From assembly GCF_963921235.1 (NCBI RefSeq), contig NC_086097.1:99264001-99328000 (forward strand): 64,000 bases of DNA. Direction: 5' to 3'. Below, piece by piece: positions 14,344 through 27,009 of this stretch; position 1 is the stretch's first letter; each line of letters opens with the position of its first letter. Below the pieces are notes generated by a model, which saw nothing but the letters and a program-made list of their open reading frames with translations, searched no databases and had not been told where the DNA came from. The stretch is from Mobula hypostoma. Its lineage: Eukaryota. The translations under genes and the position numbers were made by a program.

Positions 14344-14865
14344 TCAATTCTTTCTTTGGGATGGAGGTATGAGGTGCTCTGGTAATTCACCAGGCAAGTC
14401 ATAGCCTTCAAGTTTAATGCTAATCAGGTGACAGGCCAGAGCAAATTCCTCATCATCCAGCATTCCATCATGATCGTAGTCAGCCAATTTCCAGATCTTC
14501 CCCAAGACAGTGTTTGGCAATTTAGACTTGACCATTTCTTTCTTTGCATTGTTCCCATTGATTTTGCCATTAATTGGAGACAGTGTGTAGAAAATTTCAT
14601 CATATTTTGACTTCTCCCTTGCCACAATCCACTCACTCTCATCTATTCCTGCTTCAGCTCCTTCACCATAGCCTTCATTAAAGGGTCCATTAACATTGCC
14701 ATCAAACGCGCCACCTGTCACTTCCTGTGCTGGCTGGCTTGCTTCTTCACGCCGGATCAAGTTCATCAGTTGGGCAATGTGATTGGCTAACATTTCATCT
14801 ACTGCCTCAAGCAGTTTGGGTTTTAGACTATGAAATTTGCTGAAGTCATATAACTGCAACATTTC
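14344..14865 (-). CDS. EHD4: EHD4 last coding exon: helical region, GPF linker and EH domain, ending PPSQRKN*
   Basis: gacag|GAAATG acceptor and TGA at 14346-14344. Motifs YDFSKFHSLKPKL, GPFNEGYGEG, LGKIWKLAD and EF-hand DYDHDGMLDDEE. Confidence 0.95.
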   Translation of the reverse strand, partial: EMLQLYDFSKFHSLKPKLLEAVDEMLANHIAQLMNLIRREEASQPAQEVTGGAFDGNVNGPFNEGYGEGAEAGIDESEWIVAREKSKYDEIFYTLSPINGKINGNNAKKEMVKSKLPNTVLGKIWKLADYDHDGMLDDEEFALACHLISIKLEGYDLPGELPEHLIPPSQRKN

Positions 14866-16799
14866 CTGTCAACACAAACAAAATACAAGTTATATAGAAG
14901 TAAAAATTCAACAGATCTGAAAGCCATCCTTTCATCCTCCGATCAAACCAAAAACTAAAAGGCAGAATTTGATACCAAAGTTATTGAGCATTTTCTACTG
15001 GATTCTTCTGACAATCTTGCATAAGAAAGTTTGTTCTAACTGGTGCTAGCACAGCTAACTTGCTCTTAAATCCACCCAGGTGCCAGACAAGGAAAAGATG
15101 CTATCAGTGATGTAGTTAGATGAAAAGGACTGTAAGAAATACACCATTATTCATGAACTGCAGTGCTCAGGGACAATGTATTTCTGCATCGGAACTCTTT
15201 GCACCCTTATGTATCCCATCCACATCTCCAGCTACATTCACTGGTGGCCAAATAATGGCAGAGACAGAAAGCAAAAATGCTGGAATGACCAAGCAGCAAG
15301 AGTAGGGAAAGGAGCAGAGCTGGAAGTTTATGGTCAAGGATCCTTCCACAGAACTGAAAAAGTGAGAAAATAAGTCTGTTAAGCTGCGGAGAGGGAAAAG
15401 GGTAGGGAGTAAAAGGGAATTTCTATAATAGAGTGCAGACCAAAGTAGTCAAAGCAATAATCACCTACTAGACACAGAAGAAAGAAACAAGTTGAAACAA
15501 AGGCATCTGTGGAGAGATATACAATGAGAGAGGTTTGTTGGGGTGAAACACTAATAGGATAGAACTTCTCAGACTTTCCATTTTCCAATTAATAGAAGTT
15601 TTATTTATTTTCCCATAAAATAGGATTTAATTTCAAGAATATTCATCCAATTTTGTTAATGGCCATCCTAATTTATTTTCCAGATCAGAAAGTCTACAGC
15701 ATTACTGAACCATAACAATCAATGACTGCTTTTAACATGAAACATTCAGCTAACAATCTATGACATTGTGCAAAGGAACTTAAACAGCCAAGAAAATGCG
15801 TCATTATTTGACCTTTTAATCACTGACAAAACACTGCCATTATATTCTCCTATTCTTTGCTACAATGTGTTTACACTAGAGACTGCAGCATGAATTATTT
15901 CCAAACTTTTCAAACAATTACAATGCAGTGCACAGACTGTAAATTCCAAACAGCATGCTGCGGCTTCTTTGTTCTCCTGACTTTATTACAACACATGAGC
16001 TGCGAACTACAGTACAATATTGAAGAGAAAAAATTGTTCCGCTTTTGGGAATATGCATTCCTGTACAAGTAGGAATGAAGTGCATTATGCTACACAATGC
16101 TTTCACTCAAGACAGTAAAATTAATTCCCAGTCTAATGACCCTGGATAAAAGCAGGAGGTTGAAATGTTCAACTCTGTGGAATTGTGTCTATTACTAGAC
16201 AACTTCCACAATGAAGGAAGCAGCTCCAAGATAACAGCTTGAAGTGTCAACATCGTCAGTACGTGATAACCATCACTTCAAAAAGGAAAAAACTACCACG
16301 ATTTAAACCCTAGGTGACAGCATGTACTTTCCATGTGTAGAGTTTTGTTAAATGTAAAGATTGCTGGATGTAAATGGCTTTTGTCTCCACTGGTTATGAT
16401 GCCAAGATTTGGTAACATTTCCACATTTTGAAGTTTCATTCACTATCTATAAAGGGATTGATTCTCCTTGCTATATGCAAAGCAGATCATTGTAAGTTTA
16501 ATTAACATTCCACAGACCTGTCAGATCAAAGAGACCAAAAATAAAAACCCCACTGATACCGACTAGGTACATCAAGCCACTTTCTTGCCTTAATCGCCCA
16601 CAAATATCTGTATTTAATAATTGCTAGAACTCTAAAATTCAAATGCAAGGAAAGACTTCCTTTGTTACTTTTAAGTGCATAAAATTGCAACTCCAGACCT
16701 GCTGGGCACCTTCCAGAATTTAAAGCGATAACTGACTCCGGAATGTTCTAATCTTCAATTCACATCTCTCTTGCATTACGTTTTAATATTGGTATTTGC

Positions 16800-17700
16800 T
16801 TGGTTTATTACTGTCACCTGTACTGAGACACAGTGTCATCCAGGCAGATTAGTCCATACACAAATACACTGAGCTTTGTAAAAAGAAAACAGAATGCAAA
16901 ATATAGTGTAAACAGCTACAGAGAAAGCACGGTGGAGTTAAACAAATAAAGAGCAAGGTCCACAAGAGGCAGAATAGGAAATCAGGAATTCAAATGGGCA
17001 TACAAGAGGTCCATTCAAGTCTGATAAAAACAGGATAGAAGCTGTCTGAGTCAGGTGGCACATCCTTTCAAGCTTCTGCCCAGCAGAGAGAACGACTGGA
17101 GTGCGAAGGTCCTTGATTATGTTGACTGCTTTACCAAGGCAATGGAAAGCGTAGACAGTCAATGGAGGAAATACTGGTTTGTATTTACAATTCTCTGCAA
17201 TTTCTTGCAGCCTTGGCACATACTAAGCAGTGAGGCATCCCAAATAGGATGTTTTCTATGGTGCATCTGTAAAAATTGTTAAGAAGCATTGGAGACATGC
17301 CAAGTGCCTTTATCCTTACAAAAAAGATGATGTATTGGCACACTTTTTTTTGGCAGTACCATCAATGTGGTTAGACCAGAACAAATTATTGGTGATATTT
17401 AACCTACAAATTTGAAGCTCTCAACCACCTCCATCTCAGCATCACTATACATATAGGGGTGTATACTCCATCAGCTTCCTAAAATCAATGTATTGCTGAC
17501 ATTGGCAGAGATCGCCATCTTAGAACCATGCCACTAGACTCTCTATCAACTTCCTGTAAACAGTCGCATCATTGTATAAGATTCAGTCTGCTATGGCGTT
17601 GTTATCTGCAAACTTGTAAATGGGGTTAAAGCAGAATTTGGCCACACAGGTGAAAGTATATAGAAAGGAAATGCTCTGCTTTGCCAATGATCTCATGCTT
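16800..17700 (-). mobile_element. Degenerate Rex1/Babar LINE 3' part
   Basis: Minus-strand FNPIYKFADNN and LQEIAE...KAVNIIKD motifs. Confidence 0.6.
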
Positions 17701-17799
17701 AGCTTTCCAGAAATAAAACCATACAACAGGTTTTCCCAACATGCACTGTAGTATCCCTCAGTGCTGGAAAAACACACCTTGATTTTAATCTGCATCAGT

Positions 17800-18250
17800 A
17801 AAGGGTGAACAGTAAGGACACCAATGTCAGATTATTATTTGACTACAGCTCCACCCGCAATAATTCCAAACTCATCAACAAATGCTTGACCCTGGAAACC
17901 AACACCTCCTTCTGCAACGGGATCCTTCGCATTTTGACCAACAGAGTATGAACAGCAAGGGTAGGGAGCAACACGTCTGCTGTGATTATTCTAAACACTG
18001 GTGTTCCACAAGGTTGCATGCTCAGCTCCCTGCTCTACTTCCTGTACTTCCTAAATGATTGGCCAACTTCTACTCTAACTCCATTCTACCAGTTTGAAGA
18101 TTATACCACCATAGTAAGCCACATCTCAAATAATGATGAACTGGCATACAGGAAGGAGTTAGAGAACCTAGTAACACAGTGTCATGAAAACAACCTTCCA
18201 CTCAATGTCAGCAAAACAAAAGAGCTGGCTATGGGCCACTGACTTCAGGA
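17800..18250 (+). mobile_element. Rex1/Babar RT fragment
   Basis: LNTGVPQGCMLSSLLY, (K)FEDYTT and LNVSKTKEL. Confidence 0.75.
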
Positions 18251-18546
18251 AGTGGTCGGGGGGTGGGGGGGGGAGAGTGTGATAGTGGTGCAGTGCACAT
18301 ACTACTGTCTACAACCTTTTTATGCCACGGAACAATACCATTAAGCAAGGGGAAGAGTATGCCTCTCACTCCTGATGCAAAGGTATTGATATGCCAAGTA
18401 ACATGCCATAGGAATATTATACCCACTCTTGCAGCCACAGTATTTTTGTGACCGGTCCAGTTGAGTTTCTGGTTAGCGGTGACCCTGGGATGTTGATGGT
18501 GGGTGGAACGTCAAGAGTGAGGTTAGAATATTTCCTACTGGAGGTG

Positions 18547-19698
18547 CAGTTGCAAGAAAAGGTTTGTGAACTCTTTGCAATAGCCTGGTTTTCTGCATTA
18601 ATTTCTGTATAAAATGTGGTCTGATCTTCATCTGTCATAATAGACAAACACAATCTGGCTAAACAAATAACACACAAACAATTGTACTTCTTCTCGTCAA
18701 TATTGAAACACCATTGAAACAATCACAGTTTAGGTTCAAAAAAGTATGTGAACCTCTGGGGTGATGCCTTCTACAAAAGCTATTTGGAGTCAAATGCTCC
18801 AATCAATGAATGCTGAAGGAGGTGACAAGGGTAACAGCAAAAGACCTGCAGATGTCTCTAGAACTTGCTAAGGTCTCTGTCCATGTGTCCACTATAGAAA
18901 AAACTGAACAAGAATGGTGTTCATGGAAGAATACCACAGAGAAGACCACTGCTCTCCAAAAAAAAAATGCTGCTGCACATCAAGTTTGCAAAAGACCACC
19001 TGGATGTTCCATAACACTTCTGGGACAATGTTCTGTGGACAGATGAGACAAATGTTGAACTTTTTGGCAGGAATGCACACTGCTATGTTTGGAGGAAAAA
19101 GGATACTGCACACCAACACCAGAACCTCACCCCAACTGTGAAGCTTGTTGGAAGGAGTATCATGGTTTGGGACTGCTTTGCTGCCTCAGGGTTTGGACAG
19201 TTTGCAATTGCTGAGAGAACAATGACTTCAAAATTGTATTAAGACATTTTACAGGAGAATGTCAGGTTAGCAGTCTGTCACCCGAAGCTTAATAGTTGGA
19301 TGATGCAACAAGGCAATGATCAAAACACAAGAGTAAATCAAGAACAGAATGGTTTGAAAAGAAGAAAATTTGTGTTTTGGAATGGCCAAAGTCTATACCT
19401 TAACCCGATTGAGATGCTGCGGCATGACCCAAAGAGGATTGTTCATGCTAGATGTCCCAGAAATATTAATGAACTGAAGCAGTTTTATATGGAGGAATGG
19501 TCTAACATTCTTCCTTGCCATTGTGCGAATCTGATCAGCAGCTACAGGTAATGGTTGGTGGAGGTTCTACAGCTTGTAGCTTAAGCAGATTGTTTGTCTA
19601 CCATTGTGACTTAGATGAAGATCAGACCACATTTTATAAATAATTAATGCAGAAAACCAGGTAACTGCAAAGGATTCACAAACTTTTTCTTCCAACTG
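18547..19698 (+). mobile_element. Tc1-family DNA transposon, internally deleted, both long TIRs present
   Basis: Left end cagttgcaagaaaaggtttgtgaac, right end ttcacaaactttttcttccaactg. TIR homology extends >100 bp. Flanks tg/ta (decayed TA TSD). Transposase remnants VLWTDET, QQGND and LNPIEML. Confidence 0.9.
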
Positions 19699-19779
19699 TA
19701 TATATTATCTTGCACTTTGCAACATAGCTATTAATTGCTCCTCTGCAACTAGATCCTTGAGTTTCTAACCAAGACTTTG

Positions 19780-20520
19780 CAATCACTAAAGACAGGCAAC
19801 AACATCTGCTCCATGATAACTTCAACAGCAATGCTCCACAAGGCTGCATGATTGTGGCCAAATTCTGCTCTACCTCAATTTTTTAAGTTTTCACATGATA
19901 TCTATGTTGTGGACCAGATCTCAAACAAAAAGGTGAAGTACAGTAAGGAGTTAGAGAGTCCTGCTGCATGGTTTCAAGACAACAACTTTTCCCTCAATGT
20001 CAGCAAAATGAAGAAGCTGGTCATTGACTTACAGATGCACCATAGAAAGTATCCTATCCAGATGCCTTCACAGCTTGCTTTACCCAAAACAGCAAGAAAT
20101 TGCAGATAGTTGTGAACACTGTCCAGTGCATCATTGAAATCAACCTCCCCATTGAATCTGTCTACATTCTCTGCTGCTACAAAATAAAGGACCTCTCCCA
20201 CCACAGTCTTTCTCTCTTCTCCCCTCTCCCATCAGGCAGGATATACAAAAGTCTGAAGGCATGAACCACCAGACTCAGGAACAGCTTCCCACTGTTATCA
20301 GATTCTTTAACAGACCTCTCATCTGCTAAAAGATGAACTCATGATTTCCATTCTTCCCACACTGCACTTTATCTGAATCTACAACAATATATTCTGCCTT
20401 CTGTTTACGTTTTACTACTTTAATGTAATTTTGTATGGAGTGACCTGCCTGGATGCAGACAAAACAAAATCTTTGCACTGTACCTCAATCATAAGTTAAT
20501 ATAGCAATAATAAACCAATA
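19780..20520 (+). mobile_element. Degenerate Rex1/Babar LINE 3' part
   Basis: WFQDNNFSLNVSKMKKLVIDL and ctcccatcaggcagga. 3' end aataataaacc. Confidence 0.7.
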
Positions 20521-21239
20521 CCAGTTATCAGCTCATGACTAAACATTGCCTAACCTTGTTGTGTTTAGAGATGGGCTGCTTCAATTGCTAAGGAATCAGG
20601 AATGGAAATGAACATTATGAAACCCTTGGTGAACAGCCCATTTTCTTGGGTAGGAAGATCAGTGATGAAGGTCAGTGAGACCACTGAGCATCTCAAATGA
20701 TGTCCTGGGACTGGGATAACTCCCAACAACTGCAACCATCTTTTTTTGGTGTGAGGTATAACTCCAACTATAGGATAGTTTTCCCCTTAATGATTATTGA
20801 TCTTAGTTTTACCAAGGTTCCTTGATGCCACATTTAGTCAAGTGCTGCCTATATCAAGAACAATCATCCTCATCTCTGAAACAAGGTTCTGATGAGACCT
20901 GAGGCAAATGGTTCTGGTGAAACCCAAATTGAATATTCGTGGTATTTGACTGCCAAACAATGTTTCTTTTATATGCACAATTGACCCAATCCACAAAAGA
21001 TGAACTGGAAACAAACTTCAAACGCTGGTAAAGTTAACCAAAATTTCTCAAATTCCTGAACTTCACATAAGGAACTAAACAGCTGTCTGAAAATAACAAC
21101 TGCTGATGTACACAACCAAGCAAAGCCTAGTAACAGAGAATGGAAGGGTGCTCAAAGCATAAGCAGTTTGCATCTTAGTGTACACCATGTCCATTTCAGA
21201 ATCTGTATATTTTAAACATTGAAACAAAAAATGATTATT

Positions 21240-21593
21240 CTTCACCATTCCCCATTCCCATTTCCCTCTCTCACCTTATCTCCTTACCTGTCTATCACCT
21301 CCCATGGTGCTTCTCCCACTTTTCTTTCTTCCATGGCCTTCTGTCCTCTCCTATTAGATTCCCCCTTCTCCAGCTCTGTATCTCTTTCACCAATCAACTT
21401 CCCAGCTCTTTACTTCACCTCTCTCTCCCTCCCTCCCTATTTCACTCATCACCTTGTGGTTCTTCCTCCCCTCCCCCCACTTTCTTACACTGACTCCTCA
21501 TCTTTTTCTCCAGTCCTGATGAAGGGTCTCAGCGTGAAAACATTGACTGTACTCTTTTCCATAGATGCTGCCTGGCCTGCTGAGTTCCTCCAG

Positions 21594-21634
<41 letters not shown>

Positions 21635-21670
21635 GCTTGTATTTCCAGCATCTGCAGATTTTCTCATTTG
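21240..21670 (+). mobile_element. Penelope-like element 3' fragment with expanded (TG)n at ~21598-21633
   Basis: Reverse complement of the terminus at 46260-46650 (gatgctgcctggcctgctgagttcctccagcattttgtgtg), whose element carries Penelope RT/GIY-YIG. Confidence 0.8.
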
Positions 21671-22863
21671 TAAATGATTATTCTTTGTGATTTAGGAACT
21701 TTGATGGCATCTGTCTGCTAACAGCCCTGACCACATTCCAGTGAGAAAGAATGCATTATTCAGTAACATTTGAACAGCCTATACTGTATGGTGCAGTGGT
21801 TGTTGGGGTGCTTCACAAAACTGAAGCAGCACTAATGGTCATTCATAGTGAATTCTGCAACATATTTAAATGCTCACTGGCCAAAGGAACCAAGATAAAA
21901 TATTTAATTAAACAATTGGCAACACCATTGTTTCTGGGGCCATTTCTGATTTTTGTTTGATAACGATTTTGATTATGGTTCAAAGTTCAGGTCAAAACAT
22001 CCTGCAGCTACAGCCACCTTGTAGAATAGATTTGTCTACCTCATGGCCCCACTTCTGCCCTGTCTGACCACTTGCCATACCACTGTCCTTAGGAATCCCC
22101 AAGGCAGCCCAAATTCCTTAAAATTTGTGGCCCAAGATAACATTAGAGGAAGCATCGTGGAAGCAATAACTGAAGACCCAAGGTAGAACTCAACTGCATC
22201 AACTTGCTGCCAGGGTCCCTAGGGACCTCATCTGACCACTTTCCAGGGATACCAGAACCAAGAGACTAGGGACTCAGTAACCATTTGGGAGTTAATCCGT
22301 TCATCTGTATCAAGATCATGACTCAGGTATGCACTTGTCTGACATGATAAAATGGAGGAGGAAGATCAATGGATTTTGGAATGGGCAAATGAAATTAGAA
22401 TTATTTGCTTGGGTGGAGACAGAGACTAGAATGAAACAACCCATTTCTGTATTGTAACTTGTAACAATATGCACATAAGCCAAAATTCATATCAAACTCC
22501 AGTTCACTTCCTTCAGATAACTCAAATAATAAAAAATAACATGATTATCAGGGGTCACACTCAGGGAATTACATTAAACATCTACTGTTTCTTGTTGAAG
22601 CTTCTCCTACAGTTTATACAGGACATTGAAAAAGAATAAAGAATGGCAATTACCCACATAATGACTTTTCAGTAGCACAGGAATACATGGAATATTTTCC
22701 CCTTTTTGTGCAACAGGACCGGTTTATAGTAAAGTAAATTAATCCTAGAATTAAAAAATACCACTTTCTTCTTTCACTCATTCAGATGTATTCTTGAAGA
22801 AATGATAGTACCCACCCATTGTCAAAAGGAAACTTACTGGCATATTCATCTGCGTTACTGTAC

Positions 22864-23028
22864 CTGCATTTTGTTTACATTGGGAAAATCACCAGCAGAG
22901 ATATTATGTTCCTGCTGGAGGTTCATATATATCTCTGGAAGTCTGCTTATCATTTCTCTTTTCTTTGTATCTTTTCCAAACATTGCTGGCATCTCCTTCT
23001 TTAAGTAACTGATGATATACGCATGAAC
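22864..23028 (-). CDS. EHD4: EHD4 coding exon, not in the ORF track (VHAYIISYLKKEMPAMFGKDTKKREMISRLPEIYMNLQQEHNISAGDFPNVNKMQ)
   Basis: 165 nt, ttttctag|GTTC ... GCAG|gtacag, phase 0/0, translated by hand. ISYLKKEM, ISRLPEIY and ISAGDFP are EHD4-type. Confidence 0.95.
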
Positions 23029-23099
23029 CTAGAAAACATAGATAATAATTAGGAAATAAATTAAATATTTAGTGTGCCAGCGAAAAAATTTCCTACAGA

Positions 23100-23380
23100 T
23101 TATTTATTTCCTTTATTTAATGATGCAGTGTGGAGCAGGCTTTTCCAGCCCTTCGAGCTCACTAACCCAGCAACCCCACAACCACGATTAACCCTAACCT
23201 AATCACAGGACAATATACAATGACCATGGAACCTACCCAGTACTTCTTTGGACTGTAAGAGGAAACCAGAGCACCCGGGGAAATCCTACGTATTTCATGG
23301 GGAGGATATACAGACTCCTTACAGAACGGTGCTGGAATTGAACTCCAAACTACAGAACACCCTTTCTCAATACAGCCTTT
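23100..23380 (-). mobile_element. V-SINE (HE1-like) copy
   Basis: Core gaggaaaccagagcacccggggaaatcc...gactccttacaga, the reverse complement of the V-domain gggtgctccggtttcctc. A second copy is at 62780-63050. Confidence 0.7.
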
Positions 23381-23641
23381 GCTATGATTGCATGAGACCA
23401 GTAAACCTAACATCAATGGCAGTTGTTACTGTCCAGAATTCTGAGGAGTAGATATACATTCAACTAGAAAGACAGGTTTTGATGTAGCCAGCACAGCTTT
23501 GTGCACGGGAGGCTGTGTCTTAGGAATTTGATTAAGCTTTTTTTTTGTAAGTGTGCAAGAAGACCTGACAGAGCAGGGTAGTAGATATGTTCCGGAAAAT
23601 TAGATCAGATAGAATTCAGGGAGAGCTAACTGGATAAGTAC

Positions 23642-23950
23642 ATTGAATTGAATTGAATTGACTTTTATTTCTTACATCCTTTACATACATAAGAGTAAAA
23701 ATCTTTACATAACGTCTCTGTCTGAATGTGCAATGTGCAAATTATAGTAATTTGTAATACATAGTATGTACAGTACGATATACAACAGAATAGTCAATAT
23801 AGCTTAGAAATACAATTGTGTCAGCGTGATGGCCTGGTGGAAGAAGCTGTCCCGGAGCCTGTTGGTCCTGGCTTTAACGTTGCGGTACCGTTTCCCTGGA
23901 TGGTAGCAGCTGGAACAGTTTCTGGTTGGGGTGACTCATGTCCCCAGTGA
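23642..23950 (-). mobile_element. Rex1/Babar 3' fragment with (CAATT)n tail nested in CR1
   Basis: attgaattgaattgaattgac tail and LFQLLPSR motif. Same subfamily as 58345-58735. Confidence 0.8.
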
Positions 23951-24919
23951 TCCATTGGCTTGATGGTAGGAAGTGGAAGATGAAAGTGGAAGGTAGTTTT
24001 TTAGACTGGAAGGCAGCGACTAGTGAGTGGTGGGTCCAGCTGTTGTTTGTCATCTTTGTCAATGATTTGCATGATAATATGCAAGGCATGGATAGTAAGT
24101 TTGCAAGTGATATTAAAATAGGTGGTATCGTTGACAGTGAAGGTTATCGAAAATAACACTGAGATTTTGATCAGCTGAATTAGTGGACTGAGGAATGGCA
24201 AATGGAGTTTAATTCAGGTAGGTGCAAAGTGTCGTATTTTAGAGAGTTAAATCAAGCTAGGATTTTAACAGTGAACAGTAGGCCTTGTGGAGTATTGAAG
24301 ATTAGAGAGACCTTCAAGTTCAAGTATATGGTTCCTGGAAATGGAGTCACACGTAGGCAGAGTGGTAAAGGGGGCTTTTGGCACTTCTGCCTTCATCAGT
24401 CAGGGTACTGAGTATAGAGTTTGGAGTTCTGTTGTCGTTGCATAAGTTGTTGGTGAAGCTACAATGAGAGTATTGTGTTTAGTTTCACTCATATTGTCAT
24501 AGGAAAGGTGTTATTAAACTGGAAAAGTGCAGAAATTATTTACAAGAATGCTGCCAGGACTCAACAGACTGAGTTATAGGGAGAGGTTGGACAGGATAGG
24601 ACTTCTTTCCTTTGAGTGTAGCAGACTGAAAACTGATTTTATGGAAGTCTATAAAATCACAAGGGGCTTAGATAGGGTGAATGCAGTGAGTCTTTTATTC
24701 AGGCTGGGGAAGCAAGAACTAAAGAGCACAAGTTTAAAGTGTGGGGGAAAGACTTGGAAGGAACTTGGATGAACTTTTTTTCTTACACTGAGGGTGGTAT
24801 GTATATGGAAGAACTGCTAGAGGAAGTAGTTGAGGCAGGTACATTAACGACTTTTAAAAGGCATTTGGGCACGTACATAGAAAGATTCAGAAGGCTTTGG
24901 CTCAAACACGGCAAATGGG

Positions 24920-25750
24920 TCAAAATGGTGCCTACGTCCACGCTCCTTTGATTGACATCTTTTAGATAGATCATGAAACCATTTATTTCCCCATTTCTTT
25001 TATATCTTTTACATTTGTTTCTCATCTTGAATGTGATTCTGGAACCGTTGGAGCCTGTGCTTTGCTGTTTGGAGATCATTTGGGTGCTTCAGTACCCTGC
25101 AGTCTCCGAGAGGATTCTGGGAAGCAGAGGCAGCGTGAGTGAACCTTGTGGCAGGGAGGCTGCAGGACAGGGTGCAAGCTGATGTTTGGCTCCATTTCAT
25201 TGATTAAAGCTTCCATTGTTCGCCGATTAAAGCGACAAGGATGAGTGAAGCATTGAAGTGAGTGCAGAGGGTGAGCGCCGGCTGCTTGCCTTTTGTTCGG
25301 TTGCTTAGTACTGGAGAAGGGAGAGCCAACTGCTGCACATGGAGAGTGCTGACCAGGTTTTTTTCTGCATTTTGGATGTGGACTTGGCCGATAGATTCCC
25401 TTTTTCAACCTTATAGTTTTTACATTCTGTGTTTTATCGTCTGATTTTCTCTTTTTTTTTGTGTGGGGAGATGATTTGGGGGTTAAGGTGCCTGATCCGT
25501 TTTGTTCATTTTTTTGTGTGGGAAGAGGAATTTGGAAGTCGAAGTGTCCAATCTGTTTTATTTGTTTTTTTTGTGCGGGAAGAGGGATTTCGGGGTCGAT
25601 GTGCCTTATCCATTTTTATTTGTTTTTTGCAGGGAGGGGGCACTTGGGGATTGATGATCATGCTGCTTTTTTCTCCTTTCTTAGTTGCATGGCTACCCAG
25701 AGAATTGAAGAATTTCAGATTTGTATACTTTGGTAATAAATGAATCTTTG
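24920..25750 (+). mobile_element. Unclassified non-coding insertion with 7-bp TSD (AAATGGG) and internal tandem repeats
   Basis: aaatggg at 24913-24919 and 25751-25757. Ends aataaatgaatctttg. Splits a CR1 3' end cleanly. Confidence 0.65.
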
Positions 25751-27009
25751 AAATGGGAGTAGATTAAATGGGCATCTAATATCAAAATAGACAAGTTTGG
25801 TCAAAGGGGCTGTTTCTGTGCTCTAGGACTCTATGTATGAGAGTCCCCAGGTTGTAGAGTGCTGTTGCATGTTACACAGAAAGACCACTATCTCCTTACA
25901 GACCTTCTTTGCAAACACACATTCCAGAAGATGAAGGGAATGTCATTACCAATATAGCTGCCTTTACAACGCAGTGGCACAGAGACTCTGATTGCGTGCA
26001 AAGGTTCTGACAGGGAGGGCCTGGCCTTTGTCACCACCAGCCAAGTCAGAGCCTGATACTTATTTAATAGTTGTGGTAATGAAGGGTGCTGGAAGATCAT
26101 TTTGACAATATACTCAGTGTATACATATCTTTGCAGACACTATCATTTTTCTAGATACAAGGGCCTGAATGACTGCTGCAGTACAGGGTCAGGGAGTGGG
26201 ACCATGACTGCATCGTACACGTAATGATCAGGTTCTTTCCTGCAATTCCAGTTGACGTTTCAATTTGGTTATATGCTCCACTCGGCTTAGTGCATGACCT
26301 AGTTCCTACAAGCCATTTTCCCAGGCATGGGAATCAGATATGAAATTGAAGGGGTCATTGTATCAGTCAGCTCTGTTGCTAAAGCATACAGCATAGAATA
26401 GCTATGAAAGACATATAGAATATGATTTTGCTGCTACTAACCATAGCCCAAGGCTAGTTCAAATTAATCATAGATGCTCATCAGTGTGAAAGAGAATGTC
26501 AATGTCATGCATGTATACTGAAACTGTGCTCTAACTGCTTAGAATCATCACTACTCCTATACCTACATCCTTCCTGCTGAACTTGGCAAAAGAATCAATA
26601 TGTGAAACAAATAAAACAGAAACAGAGGGTAGCCTTGCCCAAATTCAGGTTTGACTAGGAAGCTTCGGGTTTGTAAACCATTAACTTGCAATGCACTTCA
26701 GACATGCCCACACACTGGTGTATTTAATACTTAATCCCCCCAGTAAAATAAATCTATGTATACTTCCAGTTTAGGATCTTAGTTCATGCCCTCATCACTT
26801 GATTCAAAATTTGCATTCTAAATTGTCCTATTTACAATGGAAATACCATATAAATCTGTCACACCTCCCACCAATCATGGCACAGCATCTCCATTTTGCT
26901 TTGCCGAAGCCTGCAAGCCTTACATCAGAGAAACTCCTCCCTCCCTTTCAGCCCAGTTTCTTTCACTGTTCTGTAAGTTATGGACTTTTCTCCAATTAAA
27001 GAGAACTGA

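Larger units (their letters stand above)
23420..25840 (+). mobile_element. Old CR1 RT/3' end, interrupted at 23642-23950 and 24920-25750
   Basis: FVNDL...SKFASDIKIGG, MEFNSGRCKV and FTRMLPGL. 3' UTR resumes at 25751 and ends ctctatgtatg. Confidence 0.8.

Noticed and set aside
25460..25660. Spaced repeats superficially like a CRISPR array
   Set aside because: Degenerate tandem units without unique spacers, in a vertebrate repeat, with no cas genes.
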